From NCBI GenBank assembly GCA_903907985.1, contig CAIVQG010000026.1, forward strand, positions 3,045-67,044: a stretch of DNA of 64,000 nucleotides, read 5' to 3'. Positions 48,265 through 59,688 of this stretch are shown here, piece after piece. Positions within the stretch are counted from its first letter, which is position 1; each line of letters starts with the position of its first letter. The stretch is from an uncultured delta proteobacterium. GTDB taxonomy: Bacteria > Desulfobacterota > Syntrophia > Syntrophales > Smithellaceae. The position numbers and the translations under genes were made by a program. The notes beneath the pieces are model-generated. The model was not told where the DNA came from, ran no database searches, and worked only from the letters and a program-made list of their open reading frames with translations.

Positions 48265-49242
48265 ATGAAAAAAGCCTTAATACTAGGTGTGACAGGGCAG
48301 GACGGTAGTTATCTTGCGGAGATATTGCTTGAAAAGGGCTATGAAGTTCATGGAATGATTCGCCGTTCAGCGACTGGCAATACGCGAAATATAGATCACC
48401 TGATTCAAAACCCTGAACTGTTTAACAGTAGATTTTTCCTTTGTCGGGGTGATCTCTCAGATCCGACTTCACTTTACAGAATTATTAATTCTATCAGGCC
48501 GCACGAAATTTATAACGAAGCAGATCAGGATCATGTAGGATGGAGCTATGATATGGTCGGTTTCTCTGCAGATATAACAGGGGCAGCTGTTGGTAGAATT
48601 TTAGAAATCATCAGACAGGTTGATACATCTATGCGATACTTTCAGCCTTGCACCTCTAATATGTTTGGTAAGACTGCGAGCCTTAAACAAAATGAAACAA
48701 CTCCTTTTAATCCACAGAGTCCATATGCGTGTGCTAAGGTAATGGCTTATTATCTTACCCGCTATTATCGGAATGCATTTGGAATATTTGCATCAAACGC
48801 TATTTTTTACAATCATGAGTCGCCCAGACGTATGCCGGAATATTTGACACGCAAAGTCACGCAGGCTGTAGCAAGAATATCCCGGGGCAGGCAAGACAAT
48901 CTTGTTTTGGGTGACATGAATGCACGTATTGATTGGGGTTATGCTCGAGAATATATGGAGGCTGCTTGGCAGATAATGCAACTGGATATACCCGATGATT
49001 TTATTATTGCAACTGGTGAGGCACATTCAGTTAAAGAATGGGTTGAAGAAGCATTTGCCGTTGTAAGTCTGGAACCTGATAAATATGTAGCAACTGATCC
49101 TAAATTGCTCAGACCGACCAATACATCTACATTGGTGGGTGATATTGAAAAGGCCGGCAAGACATTTAGATTTGAGCCAAAGGTTAAATTTAAAGAACTA
49201 GTCAAGATCATGGTTGAGGCTGACATGGAAAGAGAAAGTTAA
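48265..49242 (+). CDS. gmd: GDP-mannose 4,6-dehydratase-like protein (catalytic Glu replaced by Asn)
   Basis: GVTGQDGSYLA, SPYACAK, NHESPRR, TRKVT, DWGYA; QPCTSNMFG instead of QASTSELFG. Confidence 0.8.
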   Translation: MKKALILGVTGQDGSYLAEILLEKGYEVHGMIRRSATGNTRNIDHLIQNPELFNSRFFLCRGDLSDPTSLYRIINSIRPHEIYNEADQDHVGWSYDMVGFSADITGAAVGRILEIIRQVDTSMRYFQPCTSNMFGKTASLKQNETTPFNPQSPYACAKVMAYYLTRYYRNAFGIFASNAIFYNHESPRRMPEYLTRKVTQAVARISRGRQDNLVLGDMNARIDWGYAREYMEAAWQIMQLDIPDDFIIATGEAHSVKEWVEEAFAVVSLEPDKYVATDPKLLRPTNTSTLVGDIEKAGKTFRFEPKVKFKELVKIMVEADMERES

Positions 49243-49243
49243 A

Positions 49244-50311
49244 ATGCAAACAGAAACTAACGAAACAGAAAATTCATCCAGTAAAATAAAAATTTCCGTG
49301 TGTATAACTACTCGTAACCGTGACCGTTTTATCGGTGAGTCACTTGAAAGTGTCATATCTCAGGCTAATGATAATATTGAAATTGTCGTTGTTGACGGTG
49401 CATCCACGGATGATACTACGGAAGTCATACGGAAATATCAGCAAAAATTTAGAAATTTAATCTACTATCGCGGTGAAGAAAATTTTGGTGTCGATAAAGA
49501 TATGGCAAAATGCATTGAGCTTTCGCGCGGAGAGTATTGCTGGTTATTTTCAGATGATGACATGCTTAAACCGGGGGCAATTAATAGAATTTTAAAAGAA
49601 ATTGAATCAAAATATGAAATTTATCTATGCAATGTAACGGCATGCAGTCTTCAAATGCAACCCATATATGATAGATTTTGGCTTTCTGCCGATGTTAAAG
49701 ATAGAGTTTTTAATCTTCATAATAAAAATGAGTTAATAGAATACTGCAATAAAGCAAATTCAATCGGTGCACTCTTTAGTTTTTGGAGTTCGATTGTACT
49801 GCGTCGTGAAGAGTGGAATAAAACAGGGTTTCTTGATGAGTTTGACGGATCAGCTTACGAGTCTGCTTCCGTGCTTCTTTCTTTTATTAAGCGAAAATGC
49901 AGGCTTAAGTACATTAGAAATTCTCTTATCTTATGGCGTAATGACAATGAGAGTTTTCAAAATGAAGGAGGATTAGTAAAAAGATTTCTGCTTGATTTTG
50001 ACGGCTATCTGCAACTGGCAGATAAATATTTCTCAGATGATAAAGACGAGAGAAATGCGTTTTTAAGGGTTATGACACGCGAACATCCATGGTATACAAT
50101 AATTAATGTGACATCTTTTATCGACAGCCCCGAAGAATGGAGGATGTTTAAAGATAAATTACTTAAGGTTGGTTATAACCACGGAATGGTTGATATTTGC
50201 TATGTTCTGGGAAGGTATAAAAATCTTGTGTCTTTGGCTGTCAAGATGAAACGAAAGATAGTTAAGAGCCCTACAATACGGAAAATTGCCTCATTATTAT
50301 CTTGGAAGTAA
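49244..50311 (+). CDS. GT2 glycosyltransferase (dideoxyhexosyl/abequosyltransferase-like)
   Basis: SVCITTRNR, VDGASTD, NFGVDKD, WLFSDDD; ATG at 49244 follows the gmd stop. Confidence 0.85.
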   Translation: MQTETNETENSSSKIKISVCITTRNRDRFIGESLESVISQANDNIEIVVVDGASTDDTTEVIRKYQQKFRNLIYYRGEENFGVDKDMAKCIELSRGEYCWLFSDDDMLKPGAINRILKEIESKYEIYLCNVTACSLQMQPIYDRFWLSADVKDRVFNLHNKNELIEYCNKANSIGALFSFWSSIVLRREEWNKTGFLDEFDGSAYESASVLLSFIKRKCRLKYIRNSLILWRNDNESFQNEGGLVKRFLLDFDGYLQLADKYFSDDKDERNAFLRVMTREHPWYTIINVTSFIDSPEEWRMFKDKLLKVGYNHGMVDICYVLGRYKNLVSLAVKMKRKIVKSPTIRKIASLLSWK

Positions 50312-50468
50312 ATTAAATATTAAAAAATCTCTAAACTCTTTGTTCGAAAATTAATTTCTAGCTATTATAAGAGTGTTGGACAATTTAACTGTACGTGAGC
50401 AGCATTTCCATCAAACCTCGACTCCCATAAAAGACAAAGCGGCATTAGCCATTAAGATATTTTTATAA

Positions 50469-51740
50469 ATGATACAGCTTTTTAACTACTTAATTGTTTC
50501 TAATATTTTTACAGGCGGATTTGTTTTTTCGACATTTTTGCCATTTTCGTTTCAAATTGGTTACATTATTATAATATGCTTTTTGATTGCATATATTTTC
50601 TATTATCAAAATATAGTTATAAATTTCAATTTTCTGGTTATATTAATAGCTGTAACTTTTTTTTCTATTCTAAATGTATGCCTTGAAAACGTTTCCCTGC
50701 TTTTTGTGGCAAAACAGGTAATAGGCATTCTAATAACAGGAATTGCATATTATCTGTTAATTAAAGTAAATAATTGCGAAATTGAAAAGTTATTTAAAAT
50801 TTATATTAAACTTGCTGTAATCGTGGCAGGCATCGGAATTTTTCAGGAAGTTAGTTTTTTAATAGGGTTCAAAAGTGGATATGATTACAGCAATATAATT
50901 AAGATGTGGGGATTTACGCCTACTGAATTTGGAATGTTGAGAGTTAACTCTATTTTCATGGAGCCATCTCATTTTGCAATTTCGATGGTTCCAGCTTTTT
51001 TTGTTTCAATAATAAGTATTTCTAGAAAAAACTATCTTAATTTAAATTCGCAGTGGGGAAGTGTAATAATCATTGTAAGTTATATTTTAACTTTTTCAGT
51101 ATTTGCATACGTTGCAATCTTTATAAGTATTTTATTCATTTTTTTTAATGTTAATAACTTTAAAAAATTATTATTACCTTTGATAATATTACCTATATTT
51201 GTTTTTATTACATATAATATACCAGATATAAAAATGAGGGTTGACGATACAATAGGAATTGGTACTGGTTCGATAAAACCAAGTAAAGCACATCTAAGTT
51301 CTTATTCGATAATTAGCAACGCTTTTATTTCTTATAAAAGTTTTATTGATAATCCTTTGTTTGGTCGCGGTCTAGGCAGTCATCCAATGTCATATGATGA
51401 ATTTATTGGTTCAGGTGTTTCTATTGGGGTTGGTTTAGAAGATGCTACGATTGTAAATAAAGATGATGCAGGTTCTCTTTTTCTCAGACTGGTTTCTGAA
51501 ACAGGGCTATTCGGTATTATTGTTGTTCTTTATTTTTTGTTTGGATTTCGCCTTAAAATGAGTGATAAAAATGAGTTACAGATAATAAACAACGCAATAT
51601 TTATTTTGTTCATATTGCAATTATTCAAACAGGGGCATTATTTCTATAATGGATTGTTCTTCTTTATATGGGTGTATTATTTTGCATATAAGATTTCTAA
51701 TAAGCCGAATTTATTTTGTTATCATAGCAATTCTATTTGA
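50469..51740 (+). CDS. wzy: O-antigen polymerase
   Basis: About 11 TM segments, very AT-rich; RVNSIFMEPS, NPLFGRGLG, SETGLFG. Confidence 0.72.
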   Translation: MIQLFNYLIVSNIFTGGFVFSTFLPFSFQIGYIIIICFLIAYIFYYQNIVINFNFLVILIAVTFFSILNVCLENVSLLFVAKQVIGILITGIAYYLLIKVNNCEIEKLFKIYIKLAVIVAGIGIFQEVSFLIGFKSGYDYSNIIKMWGFTPTEFGMLRVNSIFMEPSHFAISMVPAFFVSIISISRKNYLNLNSQWGSVIIIVSYILTFSVFAYVAIFISILFIFFNVNNFKKLLLPLIILPIFVFITYNIPDIKMRVDDTIGIGTGSIKPSKAHLSSYSIISNAFISYKSFIDNPLFGRGLGSHPMSYDEFIGSGVSIGVGLEDATIVNKDDAGSLFLRLVSETGLFGIIVVLYFLFGFRLKMSDKNELQIINNAIFILFILQLFKQGHYFYNGLFFFIWVYYFAYKISNKPNLFCYHSNSI

Positions 51741-51793
51741 ATCTTTCTTGTGACAGGATTGTTTGATAATGCCTTTTTTCTAAATCCATCCAA

Positions 51794-52933
51794 GTGTTTT
51801 GGAGAAGACTATTGAGAAAAATTATTGTAGTTTCCGCTGTTAACTTGGTTGAAGGCGGGCCCTTAACAATATTACATAATTGTCTTGAATATTTATCCAT
51901 AAATTTAGTTAATAAATATGAAATCATCGCGCTTGTAAATAGAAAAGAGTTGTGCCCGTTTGAAAGTATAAAATGCCTGGAATTTCCAAAATCAAAAAAA
52001 GCGTGGTTAAATCGTTTGTATTATGAATATTATTATTTTAATAAACTGTCAAAACGATTAAAACCCCTTCTATGGTTATCCCTTCACGATATAACACCAA
52101 GAGTTATGTCTGATCGATTGGCAGTGTATTGTCATAATGCTTCACCTTTTTACAAAGCAAACTTTCATGTTTTTCAATTGGATCCTAAATTTATGTTATT
52201 TAATTTGTTTTATCAATTTTTGTATTCTATTAATATAAACAGGAATATGTATGTTATTGTTCAGCAGGACTGGATGCGACAGGAGTTTATTAAACGATTC
52301 AGACTAAAAAACGTTATAGTTGCGCATCCAGAATATACTGACAATTTTGATACCTTTTCTCTCAACAAGTCTGATTTATTTACTTTTATCTATCCTGCTT
52401 TTCCCCGTGTTTTTAAAAATTTTGATGTTATTTGCTCTGCCGCTGAAAGGCTATATTTAAAAGGGATATCAAATTTCAAAATAATTTTAACAATAGATGG
52501 CAGTGAAAACAAATATTCTCGGTCAATCTACAAGCAATTTAAACACCTTCCTGTTCTATGTTTTGTTGGGTTGCAACCAAAAAACAAAATCCTTGAATAT
52601 TATCGAATTTCTGATTGCTTGATTTTTCCTTCAAAATTAGAAACATGGGGATTGCCTATTACCGAGTTCAAAAAATATGATAAACCTATTCTCCTTGCCA
52701 ATTTGCCCTATGCTCGTGAAACAGTCGGAAAATATAGCAAAGTCAAATTTTTCTCCTCTGATAACTCTGAGGAACTGGCTTGTTCTATGGAATCGTTGAT
52801 AAATAAAACTCTGGAGTTTGATCCAGTGCATGCAGGAACTATTAAGCAGCCATACGCTCAAAACTGGGAGCAGTTGTTTGATATTTTGCTTTCGGAACAA
52901 CCGGATGCTGTAAGTGTGAAAGACAACTGCTAA
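51794..52933 (+). CDS. GT4 glycosyltransferase
   Basis: EGGPLTIL, YPAFPRVFKN, FPSKLETWGLPITE; start may be TTG 51812. Confidence 0.88.
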   Translation: MFWRRLLRKIIVVSAVNLVEGGPLTILHNCLEYLSINLVNKYEIIALVNRKELCPFESIKCLEFPKSKKAWLNRLYYEYYYFNKLSKRLKPLLWLSLHDITPRVMSDRLAVYCHNASPFYKANFHVFQLDPKFMLFNLFYQFLYSININRNMYVIVQQDWMRQEFIKRFRLKNVIVAHPEYTDNFDTFSLNKSDLFTFIYPAFPRVFKNFDVICSAAERLYLKGISNFKIILTIDGSENKYSRSIYKQFKHLPVLCFVGLQPKNKILEYYRISDCLIFPSKLETWGLPITEFKKYDKPILLANLPYARETVGKYSKVKFFSSDNSEELACSMESLINKTLEFDPVHAGTIKQPYAQNWEQLFDILLSEQPDAVSVKDNC

Positions 52934-53706
52934 TGTTGGATTGTAGTGCATCAATCGTAGCTTACAATAATCAATTTAAAATGCTTAGAACATCTGCAGA
53001 GAGTTTTCTTTCCAGTTCCTTGAATACCCGGTTGTACATTGTTGATAATTCGCCCCATCCAGTCTTAAAAAATGTATTTAATGATTTACCTGTTGAATAC
53101 TATTTTTACGGTCAAAATGTAGGCTATGGCCGAGCCCATAATTGGGCCATTAAAAATGGAAAAGAAAGCCGTTATCATCTTATCATGAATCCCGATATCA
53201 TTATAACGCCAGGTGCAATTGAATCACTCGTAAATTTTATGGATAATAATGAAGATGTAGGTATGGTCTGTCCTCACGTAATAAACGAAGATGGAACAGA
53301 CCAATATCTCAATAAGCGTTATCCGAAAGTATTTGACCTTTTTGCCCGTCGTTTTATTCCGAATTTCCTTCACTTTTTATTTAAACATCGTATGGACCGC
53401 TATGAGATGAAGGACCTTGGGTACGATAAAATCTGTGATGTTGAAGTTGTAAGCGGAGCATTTATGCTTTGTAGAAAAGAAATACTGAAAGCACTTGAAG
53501 GTTTTGATCCCAGATATTTTATGTATTTTGAGGACTTTGATCTGAGCCGAAGGTTACAGCAACATGGTTACCGAACAGTATATTATCCGAACGCAACGGT
53601 TATGCACTTGTGGGAACGGGCGGCTCATAAAAATGTGAGAATGACAATAATATTTATTGTAAATATGTGCCGCTATTTCAATAAGTGGGGTTGGAAATGG
53701 TTCTAA
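52933..53706 (+). CDS. GT2 glycosyltransferase (WbbL-like)
   Basis: IVDNS, NVGYGRAHN, MNPD, SGAFML, FDPRYFMYFEDFDL. Confidence 0.9.
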   Translation: MLDCSASIVAYNNQFKMLRTSAESFLSSSLNTRLYIVDNSPHPVLKNVFNDLPVEYYFYGQNVGYGRAHNWAIKNGKESRYHLIMNPDIIITPGAIESLVNFMDNNEDVGMVCPHVINEDGTDQYLNKRYPKVFDLFARRFIPNFLHFLFKHRMDRYEMKDLGYDKICDVEVVSGAFMLCRKEILKALEGFDPRYFMYFEDFDLSRRLQQHGYRTVYYPNATVMHLWERAAHKNVRMTIIFIVNMCRYFNKWGWKWF

Positions 53707-53719
53707 GTTTTATTATAAT

Positions 53720-54724
53720 ATGAATTACAATCCTCTTGTTCTTGTAACTGGTGCAACCGGAGTACTCGGGCCTTCTGTGGTTGCGGAATTGGTTAAGGCG
53801 AACTATAGGATCCGAACTCTTTCCCTTGACCATCCTGCGGTTGGCATCTTGCCTGTAAAAGTTGAGACTTGCGTAGGTGATGTCACTGATCGTAATACTG
53901 TGCAGGATGCAATGGTTAATGTTGATGCTGTTATTCATTTGGCAGCTTTATTGCACATTACGAATCCCCCGTCTAATATGCGAATTAAATATGAAAAAGT
54001 TAATGTTGGAGGAACAGCAAATGTTGTTGATGCAGCAGTTAAATCTGGGGTCAGGCGGGTTGTTTTTTTCAGTACGATTGCCGTTTATGGCAATACAAAG
54101 GGTCAAGTTGTAAATGAGAACACAGAACCCCATCCTGATACTATTTATGGTGAGACAAAGCTTGCAGCTGAACATCTTGTTCTAAAAGCAAGAGACGCCT
54201 ATGGTCGCCCCTTGGGAACAGTGCTTCGTTTAGCGGCAGTATATGGTTCGAGAATTAAGGGTAATTATCAGCAATTATTGAGGGCGTTGAATAGTGGTTG
54301 GTTTATTCCTGTTGGTAATGGCTTGAATCGGCGCACTTTGATTTATGATAAAGACGTTGCACACGCTGCGTTTCTAGCATTACAACATCCGGTGGCGGCC
54401 GGAAAAGTATTTAATGTGTCCGACGGGAAGATTCATAGCATGCAATACATTATTTCTACAATGTGTCAGGCCCTTGATCGAAAGGCACCATATGTGTATT
54501 TACCGGCTGGCCATGTTCGTTCTGCAATTAAAATAATCGAAAAAGCGGCGCATGTGATCGGATTACAATCACCAATTAGTTGTTCCTTGCTTGATAAATA
54601 TATGGAAGATCTTGCAGTAGAAGCGAAACTCATTCAAGAAGAGCTTCGATTTGCACCCAAGTTCGATTTGTATTCAGGTTGGCGAGAAGCAGTGCAAGAA
54701 ATGCGGAATCTATATGAGTTATAA
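53720..54724 (+). CDS. NAD-dependent epimerase/reductase (WbpV/WbpK-like)
   Basis: VTGATGVLG, HLAALLH, STIAVYG, YGETK, VYG..IKGN, NRR. Confidence 0.82.
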   Translation: MNYNPLVLVTGATGVLGPSVVAELVKANYRIRTLSLDHPAVGILPVKVETCVGDVTDRNTVQDAMVNVDAVIHLAALLHITNPPSNMRIKYEKVNVGGTANVVDAAVKSGVRRVVFFSTIAVYGNTKGQVVNENTEPHPDTIYGETKLAAEHLVLKARDAYGRPLGTVLRLAAVYGSRIKGNYQQLLRALNSGWFIPVGNGLNRRTLIYDKDVAHAAFLALQHPVAAGKVFNVSDGKIHSMQYIISTMCQALDRKAPYVYLPAGHVRSAIKIIEKAAHVIGLQSPISCSLLDKYMEDLAVEAKLIQEELRFAPKFDLYSGWREAVQEMRNLYEL

Positions 54725-54799
54725 AAAATATGACATCATCATGTGATAGTCGGTGATAATGCCGGATAATGCTGCAATTTGAAAGGAATAGCTATATAA

Positions 54800-55774
<975 letters not shown>

Positions 55775-55848
55775 TTCGTTTTATATAATGGCAAATGAGG
55801 TTGAATATGGTTTGCAATATTAATGTTGGCTGCTTAGTGTAATATTTC

Positions 55849-56016
55849 TCAAAGCTTTTTTGCTTCCTCAATAAGCATGACCGGAATATCATTTTTTACC
55901 TCAAAAAGCAATTTACACTGGTCGCATATTATCCCGCCTGATTTTTCATCCCATCGAACAGTGCCGTGACATTGCGGGCACGCCAGAATTTCCAGAAGTT
56001 TTTCATTTATTGCCAT
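55849..56016 (-). CDS. Trm112/YcaR family protein
   Basis: Not in the ORF track; 55 aa MAINEKLLEILACPQCHG...CDQC...NDIPVMLIEEAKKL, GGAGG RBS. Confidence 0.9.
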   Translation of the reverse strand: MAINEKLLEILACPQCHGTVRWDEKSGGIICDQCKLLFEVKNDIPVMLIEEAKKL

Positions 56017-57046
56017 CTTTTCCTCCTTTTAATCTCTCTTCAATTGCTGCCATAACCTGTTGGGGTGAAATATCCTGCATGCACTTTTTTGTCGAACAAT
56101 TTTTTAAAAAGCATGGGCTGCACGGCAGGTCAGTGCTAATTATCGTGTGCCCTTCGCCATAAGGGCCGGTTCTTTTAGGATCGGTTGGCCCGAAAAGTGC
56201 GATGACCGGAGTTCCGACGGCTGCTGCCAGATGCATCGGGCCGGAGTCGGTTGTTATTACCAACAGTGCTTTCTTGTAAAGATAAGCCAGCTCAGTCAAC
56301 GTCGTTTCCCCGCCTAAGTTTCCTCCCTTTGATTTCATCAAGGTAAGGATCTTTTCTATTGATCCTTTTTCACTTCCTGTAAAAACAACTTCTATGTTTA
56401 ACTTTGCTATAATTGCATCCGCCAGCCGGGCAAATTTCTCATTATCCCAGAGTTTTGTCTCCCAGTAAGCAACGGGGTTGATAGCAATAAACTTTTTGTT
56501 TTCCAGACCATTATTTTCCAAAGTGGACTGAACTCTTGCCTTGGCATCATTATCGGAGGGTAAAGTAAATTCCGGACTGACGATTTTGGCACCGCGATAA
56601 CGCGGAAAATCGAGATAGCGGTCAACGGCGTGTTTGTTCATATCTTCAGGGATTTTTTCGTTGTAGAACAGGCCGCTTAATTCCTGGAGCGAATCATAGC
56701 CCAGTTTTCTTTTGCCGCTGCTCAATAAAACAATCAACGCACTCTTGAACAGACCGTGAAAATCAATGACCAGATCATAAGGACGAGTCCGCAATTCTCG
56801 AAGAAAAGATCGAATCTCCCGCAAAGGACGGCAAATTTCACCATTTGAAAAATCTTTGAGCCAGCTTTTGCGCCGCGAAATCAGCACTGTGTTCAGATGA
56901 GGATGATTCTGCACGAGTCCTGCCGCCGCTTCTTCCACTACCCAGGTTATATGAGCGTCAGGATAAAGTTTTCTTAACGCCGCCAGAGACGGCAGTGTGT
57001 GAATTACATCCCCGATGGCGCTGAGCTTTACGATCAGAATATTCAT
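56003..57046 (-). CDS. GT9 LPS heptosyltransferase (WaaC-like)
   Basis: IVKLSAIGDVIHTLP, DFHGLFKS, TKLW, TDSGPMHLAAAVGTP. Confidence 0.88.
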   Translation of the reverse strand: MNILIVKLSAIGDVIHTLPSLAALRKLYPDAHITWVVEEAAAGLVQNHPHLNTVLISRRKSWLKDFSNGEICRPLREIRSFLRELRTRPYDLVIDFHGLFKSALIVLLSSGKRKLGYDSLQELSGLFYNEKIPEDMNKHAVDRYLDFPRYRGAKIVSPEFTLPSDNDAKARVQSTLENNGLENKKFIAINPVAYWETKLWDNEKFARLADAIIAKLNIEVVFTGSEKGSIEKILTLMKSKGGNLGGETTLTELAYLYKKALLVITTDSGPMHLAAAVGTPVIALFGPTDPKRTGPYGEGHTIISTDLPCSPCFLKNCSTKKCMQDISPQQVMAAIEERLKGGKDGNK

Positions 57047-57639
57047 TTGCTATTCTTCCGGTCTTTTAAAATCCACTGCACAGCTTCCAGGATATCGGCG
57101 GCAATAAAATCCGGTGTATTTTCCGGCGTTGCCGTGTCCGGTCCGTCATCCTGCAGTAAATCCTCGCCATATCCTGTTTTTACTAAAATCCCCTTTGCTC
57201 CCACTTTTCTGGCTGTTTCCATATCTATAAATCTGTCACCAACAAAATAGGAATTTGCTAAATCGATATTCAACTCCTCTGAGGCTTGCAGGAGCAATCC
57301 CGGAGCCGGTTTGCGGCAGTTGCAGTTTTGTAAATATACGCCATTGCCTTCTTTGGGATGGTGCGGGCAATAATAGAATTTGTCGATAATTGCACCCTTT
57401 TTCTGCAAATCCGCAAGCAGGCTGTTGTTCACGGTATGGACAAATTCTTCGGTGAAGAAGCCTCTTGCCACACCGGCCTGATTGCTGATAACGACGGCTT
57501 TCATGCCGTTTAAATTGATTAATTTTATTGCTTCATAGGCCGTCGGAATAATCTTGAGTTTCTCCAGGCTATCCAGATAACCCACTTCCTCATTAATTGT
57601 TCCGTCCCGGTCCAGAAAAACAGCTATATTTCTTTTCAT
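57043..57639 (-). CDS. gmhB: D-glycero-D-manno-heptose 1,7-bisphosphate phosphatase
   Basis: FLDRDGTI, SNQAG, YCPHHP, CNCRKP, VGD. Confidence 0.92.
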   Translation of the reverse strand: MKRNIAVFLDRDGTINEEVGYLDSLEKLKIIPTAYEAIKLINLNGMKAVVISNQAGVARGFFTEEFVHTVNNSLLADLQKKGAIIDKFYYCPHHPKEGNGVYLQNCNCRKPAPGLLLQASEELNIDLANSYFVGDRFIDMETARKVGAKGILVKTGYGEDLLQDDGPDTATPENTPDFIAADILEAVQWILKDRKNSK

Positions 57640-58703
57640 GATTTCAAATCCAGGTCTTTTCTTAATATTTCTTGTGCAACTTGCCAGACGGCTTCAACGG
57701 AAATCAATTCCATGCAACGAAAATCGGAAGGACATGTTTCTTTTAAACAGGGGCTGCAAGACACTTCCTGATGTACGACTATGGACTGCTTACCGGCGGG
57801 CGAAGTAGTTTGCGGGTTAGTCGAGCCGAAGATGGCAATTGTCGGAATATTTAATGCGCCGGCGATATGCATGAGGCCGGAGTCATTGCTGATAAACAGG
57901 CGGCATTGCGAAATTAAGTAAACTGCTTCTTTTAAATCGGTTATGCCCGCAAGGTTAAGTACGCTGGTTTGGGCAAGTCTGCGCACATCTTCTGATGTGC
58001 CCCAGTCAGATTTGCCGCCCAGTAAAATTATTTGGCAGTTAAACATCGAGGCAATTTTATCGGCTACTGCAGCAAATCTCTCCGGGAACCATCTTTTGGC
58101 CGGGCCGTAGGTAGCTCCGGGGGCAATGCCGATTATTTCTTTTTTGACGTCAGGGATATATTCTTGTAAGACGCTTTGAGCATCATGCCGGTTGATTTTT
58201 GTTTCCAGGTGCATTTCTTTATTTACGGCAATACAACCCAGAGCTTTAACCATTTCGAGATAATAATCTATCTGATGCAGCTTTTTAATTTCCTTGTTGC
58301 GCTGTACGCGGTGTGTCAGCAGAATTCCGCGTCCATCCGAATTGTACCCTGCGCGCCGGGGAATACCGGCGGCAAAGGACATTATTGCCGCTTCGATGGC
58401 ATTTTGTAAAAGAACCGCCAAGTCAAATTTCTTTTTCTTCAGTAATTTAGCCAGATGCAAGACACCCAACACATTATCATATTCATTTTCGTAAATAATG
58501 ACTTCATCGATACTGGTAAATAACTTGTAAATATCGGCCACCCATGGTTTGGCCAGTACCGCGATATGTGCCTGCGGATATGTCGCCCGGATGGAATAAA
58601 CGGCAGGAATTGTTAAAATCGCATCGCCAATCCAGTTCGTTGCGCGAATCAGGATTTTATTGATTCCTTCCGGCGGTAATTTCTTGTTAATTTTCAGTTT
58701 CAC
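57636..58703 (-). CDS. waaF: LPS heptosyltransferase II
   Basis: RATNWIGDA, PGATYGPAKRW, SNDSGLMH, FGST. Confidence 0.92.
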   Translation of the reverse strand: MKLKINKKLPPEGINKILIRATNWIGDAILTIPAVYSIRATYPQAHIAVLAKPWVADIYKLFTSIDEVIIYENEYDNVLGVLHLAKLLKKKKFDLAVLLQNAIEAAIMSFAAGIPRRAGYNSDGRGILLTHRVQRNKEIKKLHQIDYYLEMVKALGCIAVNKEMHLETKINRHDAQSVLQEYIPDVKKEIIGIAPGATYGPAKRWFPERFAAVADKIASMFNCQIILLGGKSDWGTSEDVRRLAQTSVLNLAGITDLKEAVYLISQCRLFISNDSGLMHIAGALNIPTIAIFGSTNPQTTSPAGKQSIVVHQEVSCSPCLKETCPSDFRCMELISVEAVWQVAQEILRKDLDLKS

Positions 58704-59580
58704 TTAAGGTTACCTTCTTTGCCTGGCAGGGCTTTGTCTTCCAGCGCTGATGCACCCAGAACCATTGTTCAGGTGACTTGCGAATTTCTTCTTCGATGAT
58801 CTTAGTGAAGTTTTGCGTATTGATCAAGACATCATTATTGCGGTCGCCTGTGCGAATAATTTCCACTTTTGGGCCTATCTCCAGAAGATATTTACCGCCG
58901 GGCAGGCGCCGGGTAAAAGCAGGCAGTACCGGTGCATCTGTATGCAATGCCAGGAGAGCCAATCCGGAGGTTGTGCAAGCCCTGCGGCCGAAAAAATTCA
59001 CGAATGCTCCATCGTACCAGGCAACGTTTTGATCAATAAGCATACTTATAGTGGCGCCTTTTTTTAAGAGCCGGATTACCGGCCGCATGGCGTTTTCCTT
59101 GGAAAGAGAGACATTGCCGTACGATGCCCGCACACGGGTGATGTTGTCCTCTAGAAAAGGACTGTCGAGGATCCGGTAAAGGAAGACAAACGGCTGTGCT
59201 GTTATTGCCAGTGCTGCGTTCCCTATTTCCCAGTTACCGAAGTGCCCGCCAAAAAGCAGTACTCCTTTCCCCTCGCCGCAGGCTTCTGCATAATTATCCA
59301 GTCCTTTGATGATAACCGACTTATGTAAATTGTATTTGTTTATATAGGGAATCTCAATAAATTCAGCAGCAACTATAGCAAAGCTCAAATACGAACTCCT
59401 CGCAATTTTTTTAATTTCCCCGAGATGCTTTTCGGGAAATGCCCGCATTAAATTATGAATAGCAATGAGACGGTGTTTCAAGGAGAGATGATAAAAAGCT
59501 CCGCCCAGGGCGATAGTACAAAACTTGCGCAGGATCAAAGGAATCAGTCTTACCAATTTAAAAGCAATAGTCTGCTGCAC
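58687..59580 (-). CDS. lpxL: Lipid A secondary acyltransferase (LpxL/HtrB family)
   Basis: HFGNWE, IDQN, FFG, PEQWFWVHQRWK. Confidence 0.88.
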   Translation of the reverse strand: MQQTIAFKLVRLIPLILRKFCTIALGGAFYHLSLKHRLIAIHNLMRAFPEKHLGEIKKIARSSYLSFAIVAAEFIEIPYINKYNLHKSVIIKGLDNYAEACGEGKGVLLFGGHFGNWEIGNAALAITAQPFVFLYRILDSPFLEDNITRVRASYGNVSLSKENAMRPVIRLLKKGATISMLIDQNVAWYDGAFVNFFGRRACTTSGLALLALHTDAPVLPAFTRRLPGGKYLLEIGPKVEIIRTGDRNNDVLINTQNFTKIIEEEIRKSPEQWFWVHQRWKTKPCQAKKVTLSETEN

Positions 59581-59651
59581 GTTTAGTCCTTATTCGGTCG
59601 GGCATGCGCCGGATTCCGTCCCACAAAAGCGGGACTCCACCTTCAGCCTAT

Positions 59652-59681
59652 GTAGGGTGGATGAAGCGAAGCGCATCCACC
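59652..59681 (+). repeat. GTAG-type REP palindrome
   Basis: GTAG + GGTGGATG-N10-CATCCACC (perfect 8-bp stem) in the lpxK-lpxL spacer. Confidence 0.75.
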
Positions 59682-59688
59682 AACTGCT

